Shown here: in pieces, positions 48,870-61,800 of the stretch
Layout: every line of letters begins with the position of its first letter
How positions within the stretch are numbered: position 1 is the first letter of the stretch
Assembly: GCA_013265495.1 (NCBI GenBank)
Contig: MU058221.1
Location: forward strand, 3,100,001 to 3,164,000
Source of the DNA: Vicugna vicugna
Taxonomy: Eukaryota
DNA length: 64,000 nt
Direction of reading: 5' to 3'
Made by a program: the position numbers and the translations under genes
Notes under the pieces: generated by a model
Databases searched by the model: none
What the model saw: only the letters and a program-made list of their open reading frames with translations
What the model was told of the DNA's origin: nothing

Positions 48870-50465
48870 ATAGACCTTAAAAAGATATATCATAAAATGC
48901 CTAATGATAAGAAAATAAGGCAGTATTTTAGTATTATGAGGCAGACTTCAGGAGAAGAAGTATCACCAAGGGAGAAAGATATTTCTAATGATAAAATAAT
49001 TAATTTACAAAAAATACATAGTCCAAATGTCTATGCACTCAATTATAGACCATTACCAAATACACGTGCTGACCAAACAGAAATGGGAAAGAAGCATATT
49101 AACCAATTATATTTGGAGATTTCAATATTTACTTCTTAGTAACTGATGTTACAAATCAAACATGTTAAAATTAATAAAGTAATTTAAATATATAGCTAAT
49201 TTACATTTACAATTAAAGTTTCTTATTAATTTTAACTATAATTAAAGTTGATTAGGGAAAGCAGACTTGAACAACAATATTCATCAACTCAACTTAATTT
49301 ATATTTATAGAACATCCACCCCCAAAATATCAAAATATCAAGTGGGAAGTTCACTAAGAAGTTTTATACTTGGTAACATTACAAATAAATTCAAAAGTGT
49401 ATGTAGCTGAAACATAGCAAAATATCATATTTTTATGCAATAAAGCTAAAAAGTGATTAAATAATCATTTATAGTTTTAATGCCTTTATTAGGAAAAGCA
49501 TAAGGAATATAATGGTCTCTATTTCTACCTTCAGAAGCTAGAAAAAGAAAGTAAAAGAACCAAAGGAAGTGTCATTAGTTAAGAGGATAACAGAGGTAAA
49601 AACAGAAATCAGTTGATTCAGAAAACAAACTATAAAGTAAATCAAAGGCGCAGAAGCCTGTAGCCTAAAATTATCAATAAAATGATAAGCATAACCAAGC
49701 TGATGAAGAAAAAAAGAGAGAAGACATAAATCACCAATATTAGGACAGAAAGAAGAGGCACCCCCACCATTCTTATAAGCAGTACAATGATAATAAAGGA
49801 AAGTTAATAACTTTATGCTCCAAAACTTAATAACCATCTATCAAATAGAAAACCTACTTGAAAAATACAACTTCAAAGCTTTCTTGAGAAGAAATAGATA
49901 ACCTAGCCTTCTATACCATAAACCAATTGTATCTGAAGTTAAACACACACACACACACACACACAAAGAGAAATTCAGGACAGGAGAGTTTCAGTGGTGA
50001 ATTCTACCAATGTTTAAAAAAACATTTTTAAATGATCTCATTTTAAATTATTCAGAAAATAGAGGAAGAAGAAAAGTTCCAAAGCCATTTCATGAGGTCA
50101 GCATTTCAGTCTTTTCACAGAAAGAGGAATGTAAATTCTCACGTTTATATGAAATGGCAAGGGACCAGTAGATATCTAGGAAAAAAAAAAACAGGTGCAT
50201 CCTTTTCTATTTCGGAAGTACTGCAGTGACACAGTAATCAGACAACGTGGTGCTGGCAAAAGGATCGTCTCTTCAGCAAACATGCTGGGGCAACTGGACT
50301 TCCACATGCGAAAAAGTGAAGTTGTAACACTGCACACCACACACACAATTCAACTCAAAACGGATCATTGATCTAAAATATACACAAAGTAAAAGCACAA
50401 AACTCTGGAAGAAAACTTAAGAGTACATGTTCATAATTTTAGATCTGGCAATGTATTTTAAATAT
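48870..50465 (+). mobile_element. Degraded old L1 ORF2 segments
   Basis: AGACTTGAACAACAATATTCATCAACT, AGAAGCTAGAAAAAGAA, GGTGAATTCTACCAA, TCTCTTCAGCAAACATGCTGGGGCAACTGGA; (CA)n at about 49943-49965. Confidence 0.75.
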
Positions 50466-50471
50466 ACAGTT

Positions 50472-50543
50472 CAAGGGACCTCTGTGACAACACCAAGCAG
50501 ATCAACATTCACGTTACGCGGATCCCAGAAGGAGAAGAGAGAA
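50472..50543 (+). mobile_element. Short L1 ORF1 fragment
   Basis: AAGGGACCTCTGTGACAACACCAAGCAGATCAACATTCAC...ATCCCAGAAGGAGAAGAGAGA, resembling the ORF1 RDLWDNIK..NI.IIGVPEGEE motif. Confidence 0.65.
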
Positions 50544-51624
50544 TTGTCATGAATTTTGCAGAACGTTTTTTTTTACTCTTGTAATGTCCAGTTTTCAAAC
50601 TGAAGATAATCACACGTGCAAGCTTGGGGTCAACCTCTTTTTACAGCTTCCTGGTTTCACCAGCTATTGTGTGATCAGCTATTGTGTGTTGAGGCGATAA
50701 CGGACGGACGCTGGACCCCAGTGAGCTTAGAGAAAACACCTCACTTTTAACAGACTTGCTGGTGAGGGGTAAGACTTGCTCAGTTACCGGCACAGAGTGA
50801 GCGAAAGATTCAGTTCTCTTTCAAATCTCCGTCTCTGTACAAAATCAGAAAAAAAATACTATCTCCTTTTACGGTTGTAAAGGTAAAGCTGATATAATCT
50901 ACATGACAGCACATTCCAAGATCTTAACAGATTTATAAACAGTAGAGGTCAGTTTCGAATGCCAACTTCAATCACATAGTTTAGTAAACGCACCAGTAAC
51001 GCAGCAGTTGTGGGGTGGGGGAGTCTGAGATGTCAAATATTGTCGCTAGATTTTAGTATTTTGGGAAGGACATAAGTCAGGTAAACTCTGAGCATATATA
51101 CTGATATTTGTGACATGAGGCGAGTTTTTGTATATTTATTCCACATACACATGGTTGATTTTAGACCAATTCGTGTTACTGGATTTGCGGCAAGATTGGT
51201 AGAGCGAAAACTGAGTCCTGATCATTTACACACCTTCGTGTTGGACGGGCTCCCTAGGAGATCCGCAGTCTTCTGCCAGGCTCTTTGCTTGTGTCGTAGT
51301 CTTCCATGCAGCACTGCTTTCATTTTCCACTCTCGGTGGTCACAGCCAAAGGCCCATTTATGGTCCTGAACCACTTCAGTCTCTTAGACACACAATTTCC
51401 TTAGATCAATACGTGCTCCGCCCCTGATGCCAACTCCACCAGCTTCAGCCAAAAGCTCCTTTATTTATTTGTCTGAATGAAAGTTACCAAGTCAGATCAA
51501 GTTCAGCTAGGTTTCCCTCACCCTCCTTCTCCAGAAGCTGAGCTGGATGAAATAGGGGAAGTGCTCTCCGGTCTTCAGTTACCAACTGATTTTATGTTTT
51601 CCTCAACCCATCCGCTTAGGACTG

Positions 51625-51795
51625 AAAGGCTGTGTGGTTCTTAACCTCTCTGTGCCCCAGACTCCTCAAATGTGAAATGGGAATAATGATGGCATTTATG
51701 TCTTAGGATTATTTTAAGTAATAAGCACGTTTACACTTACATTTAAAATAATGCCTAGATGCTAGTAAACACCACAGAAGTGTGGTTATTATTAC
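51625..51795 (-). mobile_element. MIR SINE
   Basis: CTTAACCTCTCTGTGCCCCAGACTCCTCAAATGTGAAATGGGAATAATGA. Confidence 0.75.
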
Positions 51796-54054
51796 GAACA
51801 CCCCTTAGCTTACTTCCTAAGATGTCCTCTTCCCCATTGTAGCCACTTGTCTCCACAGAGACAATATGTGTGTGTATGAAAACCTCTGTATACAAATAGA
51901 AATGATCCCTTTTCAATTATTTATTTGAGAACGGGCTCATCAACCCGGCCACATGAGGAAAGACGTTGGAGGCTGTTCAAAATCAATGTGTCTGTCAGCT
52001 CGCTCTGACAAACGGCCAGCTGCCTTGTGGGAAACAGAATGAACAATTCAATGAGACCCATTAGAGGGCACTACGAATAACAAATTAGAAAGAGAGAAAT
52101 AATGCTTCAGCAGTGGTTCGGCCCTGAGACCTTGAATTGAAGACGTCCCAGCTGGCACCCACCCAGGTATTCCCTGTGTAACCCACGCCGAGGTGAAACC
52201 TATAAATCACGTTTAAAGGACCAGAAGTCCTCTGCATGAACGACGTGTCTCGATGAATTTGCACCCCAGTGTTTCCACCTGTCAACTCTCCTGGGCCGGC
52301 GTCAGGGGCCGTGTCCTCTCTGCCAGTGTGGGCTCCCGCCTTCCCACCTCCTGTCAGCAGTCCCAGACGAGAAAACATTACATCGGAAGACTTAAGCCGT
52401 CATTACCACAGGCGCGCCAGGAATGCAGAATGTTGCCTTGACCCAGTGACTGAGAAAAAAGCTAAGACTGCGTTTCAGCACCTGTGTTTACTCCCAGTTA
52501 CCGTCCCACACCCACTGTTACGGTGCTTAAAGTCAAAGAGCGATCTGCACGCGGGCTCTGTGGAGGACCAGCTACAGCTCTAGCTAATTGGAAAGGACCT
52601 AACTAGCCATTTGTATTTAACTTGTTAAAACTTCCAGGGGAGAAGACTTCTGTCACAGAAACGAACCAAAATGCTGCAGGTTTTTGAGCATCAGTTGAGC
52701 AAGTCTAAGAGGAATTAGGGCTACAGAAGCCCTGGCCACTTTCCCTGAAATCACATATTCCATTCAGGTAGCACTCTTCTCCCAGTAAGGCTAAAGTCAC
52801 CCTGGTTTCTGGATTAAAATGTCAGTCTGCACACAGCCTTCTGGGGTTTTGTACCCAATTAAACCATCTGTTGGTGCCCCGGAGCACACCCACCTACAAA
52901 TTTCTCAGCTAATGAGTTGCTCCGTGGTTTCAGTAAGATTTCCTCCTCAAGGGCAATGCCTTATCCCATTAAAAGCTTGCAAGAAATTGCTAGAGCAGAG
53001 AGAGGCACAGAATACGTACTTTTTATGCTGTAAAAATGTCGGTGTCAAAACAAGTGTGAGAAAAGAGGATTTGTTCAGGTCGGCGCCTGGGCGTTCCCTT
53101 CATGGCATTTCCATGTTTATCCCTCGCTGGGAAGAAATTAACCCAGTCCTGAGACAGGATGCGCCCTTTCACTGCAGAAGCTGCCTTCTCTGACCATCAT
53201 GAAGAACGTGCCATTCAAAGGCATCCTCTAAAATGGGCACGTTCTGCTCACTGATACGAGATTACTTACGGTCCACGGGAAGCAGGTGTCCGACGGAGGT
53301 GTGTCTTCCTCATGTTCTGTGTGTGTGAAGCTCCCGCAAATAATTATTGATAAAATCACTGAGAGAAATGGTGAGAAACAGAGACCAACAGAGGGAGAGA
53401 AAGATGTGGAGGAAAAAAGAGTAGCAGAAAGAAAGGAAGGTAGAAATAAAGAGAAAGTAAAAGATACAGGGGAAAAAGCTAAAAAGATAAAAAAATAAAT
53501 AAAAAGAATCACCCCTTTATCAAATTACTAATTTAAGCTTTTGCTAACCTAGGGGTTTTGATATGTTTGTTTGGAAAACATTCATTTTGTATTTAGCCTT
53601 AAGTAATAGTGTAATTTAATAAATGTTTACAAGTGCACCCTCCCAGAACACAAGCGTAGGAAATCATTTCTTAGCGACAGCTTTTCTGTAAGCCAATTAT
53701 TTACTTATCTGCTCTTTTTGCAAAAACTAATACTATCTGAGAATCATTTTCTGGATTAATGATTCACTCTTGCCATAGAGAGAGGAAAACTTTGTGACCA
53801 AAGAAAAGTTTTCTGTTATCAGCTAGGAATTTACACAGACATTTATATAGATTCAGGGTTACAATTGAGTTTCTGCTTCTGTTTCATTTTATAAGCCAAA
53901 TCTCAGTGGCAGGTGGTGGCTGTCTGGGTGTTGAGTAGAGAAAACTAAGGTCCTGACAGACACAGCAGAGATGATGACAAGTCTTACCCAGGTACAAGGT
54001 GGGGGGGGGGGCGCCGTATGATACGTCCCGGGGACCTGTGATCTGCTCTGACGC

Positions 54055-54292
54055 TACACTGTCTGAAAAAACGTAGCCACTAACCACATGTGGCCATCGG
54101 CTATTTGAAATATGGCTGCTCTGAACTGAAATGAGCTTTATGAATAAAACAATCACTGAATTTCAAAGAAGTACCCAAAACATGTGAAATGTCTTGTCAA
54201 CAACTTTTCTATCGATTACAGGTTAAAATGTGTCTACTAGGAAACTATGTGTATGGCTCGCACTGAATTTATGTTGGGCAGGGCAGGTCTAG
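54055..54292. mobile_element. MER3/MER33-like hAT-Charlie element
   Basis: GTAGCCACTAACCACATGTGGC...ATTTGAAATATGGCT...AACTGAAATG. Confidence 0.65.
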
Positions 54293-54439
54293 AAAACCTA
54301 CTCAAATGCTGGTCTTGTTAATCATACCAAAAACATGCGAAGCCAATGCCCTTTCATTTTTTTTAGATGAATCCCACACTGTAGTACACTTTGTTGACAT
54401 CTGTATGCTGAAAAGATCTAAGTACAAACTATAAAAAAG

Positions 54440-54600
54440 GTAGTAATAGCTAATGTTTGCCATGACTTACGATGTCCCACAAAGGATGCACTGTAATCCC
54501 ATTTATAGATGAGGAAGCTGAGGCCCGCCACGTTGGCAGTCTGGCAAGCGGTGAACATGTGATGTAAATCCTGGTAATTTGACATAACGACTGCGCTTTT
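54440..54600 (+). mobile_element. MIR SINE fragment
   Basis: TAATAGCTAATGTTT...ATCCCATTTATAGATGAGGAAGCTGAGGCCC. Confidence 0.7.
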
Positions 54601-55297
54601 CTCCCCGTCGGAGGCTCCTAAAATGTGTAATGCGTTCAGCGTTATGGTAGACTCCAGGGAATTCTTAATTACACTTCACGAAATGGCACGACTCAAATAA
54701 ATCATGAATCCCATCTTGTGGTAGCTGAGTTACTTCTTCTCAAAGAATGGTAAGAAAAAATAACTGTGAGAAAAAGAATTTTTTTTCTATTTTTTTATGT
54801 CACTCAGCTCATGGTCCTTTGCTACAGGAGCCCAAACTAAGACCATCACGGATGATTCCGGGTGAGCGTGGGTCTCTGGGTGAGCGCCACTGTGTAACAG
54901 GAGGTGTCACAGACACAGGCGGTGTTTCATTTGTTCAAACTTGTTGAGAAGTAAGTATAATATGTACTTTATGATAAAGCCTAAATAATCACAACTTTTT
55001 ATTTTAACCTTTTTCTCCCTAAATCCCATCCTTAACCTTTCCCCTTAAAGCACATGTCACTGATCAGAAACTCTAGATAAGTAGGTTAAAACGTGTAAGA
55101 ATCATTTATTTATTTGCATTTGCACATAGATAAACCTCCAGGATCATTGAACTGTACTAATGTTGCACATTTTGGGGAGGGACAACTATCTTTGACTAAA
55201 AATAATGGGACGGAGGTTCAGTTGACAAAATGGGCTGACTTTCTAGCTTCTCTTAGTGCAATAAATCACCCCCAAATTTCTCTTTTCGCCAAATACA

Positions 55298-55298
<1 letters not shown>

Positions 55299-55330
<32 letters not shown>
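55299..55330. repeat. (CA)n microsatellite
   Basis: About 16 units read directly. Confidence 0.95.
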
Positions 55331-55332
<2 letters not shown>

Positions 55333-58300
55333 GTAGTAATTCAATTTGAATATCTTTCTTCTTGTTCTTGCCATGGACTTATTATGAGATAGTAGACATG
55401 TGCAGCAGAGCTCATGATTCAGTTCTTTTTAGATAATCATACTTGTATGTCAATGCTGTAGTGGTTTAAAATCTAAAGTAAACTGTGTTCCGTTTCCTCC
55501 ACTCACTTTGATGTAATCATATGGAAGTCAACCAGATGGAGTCTCTTCCCATTGCTTATTTACTGAAGATTTATTCACTGCAACAAAATGTTGTCCAATA
55601 TAAAATCTACCTATCTCATATAACCTTCCTCCAGCCAGCCTATCAGTCTGAGTCAGGGGAGGGAGGCCACAGTGCCTGAACTCCAAGGTGGGTCACCATG
55701 ATGGTCATGCAGACAAGGAAGGTCACTGTCTCCAGGCCATCACTGCGGAGCAGACCCTCTTCTGGGGTCAGACTCTCCCTTCAGAACATTCAGAGTTGAT
55801 GGGATGTCGCTGCGGTAGGAGTAACTGTCATAGATCTGTAAGTGTCCAGGAAATTCATGCTTGGAAATCTTAGCTATGTTGTCCTCAGATTGGTAATGGT
55901 GAAGAACTTTGGCTGGAGTTGGGAGTTCGATTCAGGATTCAGGTGCACAAATACTCTGAAATATCTAGAAGATACTAGCTTCCTCCCACTGAAAAGTTGA
56001 TTCTCTTCCCTCCTCTCTTCACATTCTGGCATGTCTGTTTTTTTTTTTTTTCCTTTTTTTTTTCCCTCACATTTTCCAATAGATCTCCCTCACTGCATTC
56101 TTGGAAGCCTTGCCCTATTTAAAATCTCTAATTTTTCTTACACAAGCTCCCCTTACCCTGCATAACTGTCACTTAGGTGAGACCTAAAATACTGGAAAAC
56201 AAACCAAAACAAAGCAGTGAGAACTATTAGGTCTATAAGCTTAATAGACTGTATAAAAGTAAATTACTTAAAGAGAGTTTGAAAATGTGGAGATGGCTCC
56301 TTACTGATACTCATTTTCCTTAATCTTTATTGCCAAAGGCATTTTTGCTTATTTCTGATGTTACAGATATTTACATATGACGACCTAAACTTCAGCGTCC
56401 TCTGTAACTAGACTGCTTGAGGGTTCCACGTAGGAGGACTGACCTCACTCCCCGAGGAACCAAACTGTAACTGGATCCAGTGCGGCTCTTTTGCAAAGGG
56501 GTTTATCTGTCTGGAGTTGACAGTTGTCTGTATTACGTAGTTTGAGAAACACGAGAAAAGAATTACCTACAAAAAAAAAAAAAGTGCCACTTATTTGTCA
56601 TAATCTGTGTCTTGGCACCATCGGTGATTCCTAAACTTCTTCATATATGTTGCCTTCTGTGGAAAAAATAATTATTTATCAATTTCTGTGAGTTCACGGT
56701 TTTCTGCAGAAGAAGGAGATTCTGAAATGGATGAAAATATTGTTTCATACCGGGAGAAGGAAAAATAGATTCACCTTGGGGACCAGAAGGGTGTTCCGGT
56801 ATTAACTACAATTTTCTGCATTTTACAGACAAAACAAGTAAGGAGGAGTGAGGAGACGGCTTGCCCTCCCTCGTGTGTTTGTCCTACTAAATGTGCATCA
56901 TGCACTGCTTTCTTGGGCAAGTCTCTGGTCCTTTACCACCCCAAATCCTAAAAAGGCTGTCCAAGTTTAGAATTTTAGCCTAAGGACACGGATCTCAACT
57001 TCATCAGCGGGGCCAGTATTTCTAAAGATCTTTCTCACGGAGCAAATTACAACTAATTGAGAAAACACATGACTTTGCATTTTCTTCAGTGGTTTCTGTG
57101 GACAGGTTGCTTCAGCCCCCCTTTAAATGAACTGATTTATGCCCAAACCGTGACCACCACCATCTGTTGTTTTTCCGTTCATATGACATATTCTTTCCTC
57201 AGAGCACCCTTATCCTGTGTCCGTCTCCTTGGTAGACATAAAACAGCCATCATCTGTTGGCCACAACCCTGCTACCTTATGCCCCGGCATCTAAAGAACG
57301 CGTGTGTGTTCTCTTCAGCTTTCATCTCTGCTGGAGACGAGAGTAGGAGAGAAGACAAGGCAATATTTATACCTGTGCTCCACTTCAAAAGACCCCTGAT
57401 CATAAAAGAGGGTAAGAACCTTGCAAGCTGACTTTCTCTTGTTGCACACAATTAGCTTCCAATTAACGAATTCACTCCATAATTCCTATGAAACCAGATG
57501 GCCTTGAAAACCAGGGACACTCTTAACATGAATGGATTCAATTCGAATCTTTTTCCACTCAAAAAGTCTTTACCGGGTTATACCAGAGATCGGATACTGT
57601 AGCAGGCACCAAGACTGCAAAGATTAAAAGATGCAGTGCCTTCTCTCAAATCTTAAGGCCTAAATATGCAAGATACCCTCCAACACCTTGGAGGAGGGGA
57701 AAATGCATCTTTAAAATTATATGGCTAGTGTACAGTGAGGCAGGTATTAAGAGCTAAGTATAAAAATGCATGAAAATACAGAAAAAGAAATTGGGCAAAG
57801 CTTAAATATTTACCCCATTTTAAAAATGTAATTCATTGAATTTTCTGTTCAGGACATTCCTCCCTGCCCCCAATTCCTTACTCTTTCTTCGTCCTTAGAC
57901 AAGACTGAGCTGACCATTCTGCCATGGGTTAACGAACTTGACAAATTTATCTACGATGCATCAAGTGGCCGGTCAATTCCACTGCACATGAAATACAGTC
58001 AGATGGTCATTTAAATGAGTTGACATTTTGGACACAGTGCTGGGTGGTTGGTATGGTTCGTGAAGATGTCTGTCCTTCCTGCAAAAAATGAATGATAATC
58101 AAGTACCTTGAGCTCACCACACTGGGTTCACACTATTTGAGAATATACCACAGAAAAAGAATTTGGATTAAATTCATTTGTCCTGTGCTGGGTAAGCCAT
58201 AGAGGGCTGATGTGAGTTTGCAAACAGGTCTTCACTTCCTGTGTGCGAGACACTGCAAACAAAGACCACCAGAGGCCTTCGAGAAAACAATCAAGGGAGG

Positions 58301-58473
58301 GAATGTCGGCTGCTTTACGAGGTCTTTCTGACTCCCCACAAGGGCACGATCCTTTCTGTGTTCAGCGCAGCCCATGCAGAGCAAAACTCCCCTGGGTGGA
58401 GGAGCAGAGAAATCGCAGTCTCTCTTTGACACAGTCAGTTGGAGTGGAGATGTGCAGGCGTATCTGCTCCCCG

Positions 58474-58830
58474 ATGTCTGAGTCTTCCTGGGCTGCTAAA
58501 ACAAAACACCATGACCTAGGTGGTCTAAACAACACACATTTATTTCTTCCGACTTTTGTGGCAGGGAAATCCAAGATCAAGGCGCTGGGAGACTCGGGCC
58601 TCTGTGAGGGCCCTCTTCCACGCTTACAGAAGGTCACCTTCCCACAGCATCTTCACACAGTAGAAGGAGAAAGAGAGAGAGCTTTTGTCTCTTTCTTCTT
58701 ATAAAAACACAAATCCCATGGTGAGGGAGGGGTCTCACCTTCATGACCTCATCTAACATAAAACTTCCCAAGACTCTGTATCCAAATCCTATCACATCAA
58801 GGGTGAGGGCTTCAACCACATTTGGAGAAG
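58474..58830 (-). mobile_element. MaLR MLT1A-like LTR
   Basis: GGGCTGCTAAAACAAAACACCATGACCTAGGTGG...AACAACACACATTTATTTCT, GGGAAATCCAAGATCAAGGCG, CACCTTCATGACCTCATCTAAC. Confidence 0.8.
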
Positions 58831-59011
58831 AAGTGTGAAATGCTAATTTTACTTTAATGTTATAGAAGACATAGAAAAAACCTGAAATATTTGCTGAATT
58901 TCCTCTTCTCAAGGCATATTGTATTCTAGAATATATTCCTAAAATTAGGAAAAATGTTACAGAACATATCAAACATGTGCTTTAATTGTGAGTAGAATTG
59001 ATTGGCTCCTA

Positions 59012-59290
59012 GTGTCGTAGGTAGAATGGTAGAAGGTCCCCCAAAGATATCCATGTCCTAAATCCTGGTACCTGTGACTACGTTAGCTTATTAGGCAAGA
59101 AGGTATTAAAATAGTGGATGAAATGATGTTTGCTAGTCAGCTGACCTTAAAATAAACAATTGTCTGGAATTATCCAGATAAGCCCAATATAGTGATAGGG
59201 TGGTTAATAGAAGTAGGAGACGGAAGAGAAAATAAAAGAGATTGGCAATAGAAAAGAACCTATTCCAGTGCTGCTGGTTTTGAAGATAGG
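59012..59290 (+). mobile_element. MaLR MLT1D-like LTR 5' part
   Basis: CCCCCAAAGATATCCATGTCCTAAATCCTGGTACCTGTGA, TCAGCTGACCTTAAAATA, GCTGGTTTTGAAGATAG. Confidence 0.75.
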
Positions 59291-59299
59291 GGTTTGTCT

Positions 59300-59540
59300 G
59301 AAGGGGGAGGGGCAGTACAGAGGTAGGGGATTAAGAGGTGCAAACCATTAGGCATAAAATAAGCTACAAGGACACACTGTACTACGTAAGGAAAGTAGGC
59401 AATATTTTATAATAACTATAAATGGAATATAAGCTTTAAAATTTCTGAATCACTATATTGTATACCTGAAATTTATAAATGATATTACATGTCAACTGTA
59501 CTTCAGTAAAATTTTAAAAAATAAAAAGTAAATAAAATAG
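59300..59540 (+). mobile_element. L1 3'-end fragment with A-rich tail
   Basis: GAGGTAGGGGATTAAGAGGTGCAAACCATTAGGCATAAAATAAGCTACAAGGA...TCAACTGTACTTCAGTAAAA. Confidence 0.8.
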
Positions 59541-59599
59541 AGGTCAGACAAGAAAAGAATAAATACATGTTCTCTTCTTTCAAAAAAAGAAAAAAAAGA

Positions 59600-59790
59600 A
59601 AAATAACTCATAGATGCAAAGAAAAAATTAGTGGTTACCAGAGGGGAAGGGGGTGGTGAGTGGTTCAAACAGGTAAAGGAGGTCAAGTGTATGGTGATGG
59701 GTAACTTTGCTTGTGATGGTGATACTTTGATCCTGCATACAGATGTTGGAACACAGTGCTGTACGCCTGAACTTTATATAGTCATTTCCA
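59600..59790 (+). mobile_element. Second L1 3'-UTR fragment
   Basis: ACTCATAGATGCAAAG...TTAGTGGTTACCAGAGGGGAAGGGG...TGTACGCCTGAACTTTATATA. Confidence 0.75.
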
Positions 59791-61617
59791 AAAGATGCAA
59801 TGACTTGAAAATTTCTTACTGCTTTGGACAAGCTCTGAACCTCTTTTTATGGGCGGTACCATTTTGGTTTCTGTGGGACAGAACTAACCCTGAGATACCC
59901 ATGGACCCTCTGTTTAAATCCAACACTATCCTCACCAGTCGTTGTGCAGGCTGCATACTGTAGCTTTACATGTTATCAAATGGCTTGTGTTTCTGTCATC
60001 TAAGTGATGCTTAAAGCTCTTGTTAGCAAATGATTGCAGAGAAAAGCTTCATTCACAATTTACCAAGGAGTTCGTCAGAGACACAGAGGCGGGCTTGGAG
60101 AACTGAACCCCAAAGGAACGACCATCGGTACCAGGCTGGCCGCTCTTTCAGTGGGGTTCTTAGGTAGTAACTCCTCTTCTTCCACTATTTTTTTTCAAAA
60201 AATTTTCATGGCCACGAATCGTATTCCTGGATGCTTTCTGCAGTGTTCGCTTTCTGTAAGATTGGTCCCTGTCCCTACCGCTGTTAATATTTATATTTAT
60301 TCTCTCTCCTCAGTCAATTACGACATGGGATTAATTTTTTCAGCGTTACTGGTATGACTGGAAAAAATCCACTCTCCTAAAAAAGCGCACCCTCGTGCAG
60401 ATCGCTACTTCATGATTACTGAGCACTTAACGTGCGCCAGGCATCTGCACTGGGTGTGTTCTGTAACTACCCACCATGCCCTCGTAACGCCTCTGCGCTG
60501 CTCACCAGAATCCCGCAACTTCTTTCTTATTAATTCAGCTTAGGGCTGTGTCTGTAATAAATGGCAATACCATTGGGAAGGTTAACCTATTAAACACTGC
60601 CAGCCATTTAAACTTTTCCCTGACCCTGTCCTGAACACAGGAGTAGATGAAAGGATAGAGAAGAAGGTATGAATGTGCTAATCCCTGAGTCATTCGTGAG
60701 GACCATTCTGCCCTCCAGCCTGTAGGAGGAAAGTCAGGGTAATTTTAATGTATGGTTGCTTAGAAATGCCAGCCTGTTCGCTCCTCTCCACAGCCTGTGC
60801 CAGATGCAGCCCAATTAAATTCAACAGTTCACAGGTGTTCAGAGAGTTGCTTTCAACATAAAACCTCGCTCGCCATTAGGGCTCTCCACTTTTTTTAGTG
60901 CTCTTTAAATCTGAAATATTCTTCCAACAAAATAAACCACATTTACAAATGAAGGCAAAAATACAAGCAATGATAATGAGGATGCTAATAATTATAAAAA
61001 ATGTTTTCAATAACCGAAATGAAAGATTCTTTCAGCACCGGCTGGAATCCTAATACATTTAACCAAAGACTGAAGAAAATAATATTTTCTTGATTGAAGA
61101 AAATGAAGGGTGAAAGTGGAATACAGTTGTCCTACGGGTGTAATGAAAGTACAAAATAAAATGTAAGAATTTGTTTTTCATCTTTCTGGCATCTTTAAAT
61201 TATTAGCCCACGCAACCTCCCACACTTCCTGCATTTAATCACTGAGAATGTATCTCACACCACCCATACCCTGTTGCAGCTAGCCAGTGAATGCACCAAA
61301 TGTTCCTTCATCTAGGTCGTCTCAGCCTCAATCCAGAGAAAGAAAAAAACTGACAGCCAGTGATTGATCAGTCTCCATTGAAAATTACACATACATTAAA
61401 TGACTCCTAAGGACTTTGGAATTATTAGATAATTAAGGTCTGAAAAAATATGACACAAATACGCGACCTTTACTCCATACAAATCTTGTCCTTAAGTACA
61501 CATCCAATACGAGAAGCAGTCCTTGGCAAGGTCTGGACGGGGAGGGTCATCACCGCACAGGGACTTACGATGGATGAATATTGCAGGGGTAGGCCAAGAT
61601 TAAACCGGTTTGTTGGG

Positions 61618-61800
61618 TCATTCACTCAGCAAATACGTCTGGAGTGCCTACCGTGTAGCAGGCACTGTTCTAGAAGCTAGGGTGTAGCAGTGAACAAAAC
61701 AAACTAGAGACCCCGCCCTGGAGAGTCCTGTGACAGGTAATCAACATTAAACATATGATGTAACTAAATTATCCAGTATGTTAAAAGGTAGTATTTATTA
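61618..61800. mobile_element. L2 3'-end fragment
   Basis: TCATTCACTCAGCAAATACGTCTGGAGTGCCTACCGTGTAGCAGGCACTGTTCTAG...AGCAGTGAACAAAAC. Confidence 0.75.

Noticed and set aside
50661..50688. CAGCTATTGTGTG duplicated with a 15-bp period
   Set aside because: Ordinary slippage microduplication with no further structure.
53350..53510. Lys/Glu-rich ORF at 53286-53498
   Set aside because: Purine-rich low-complexity tract; no evidence of coding function.
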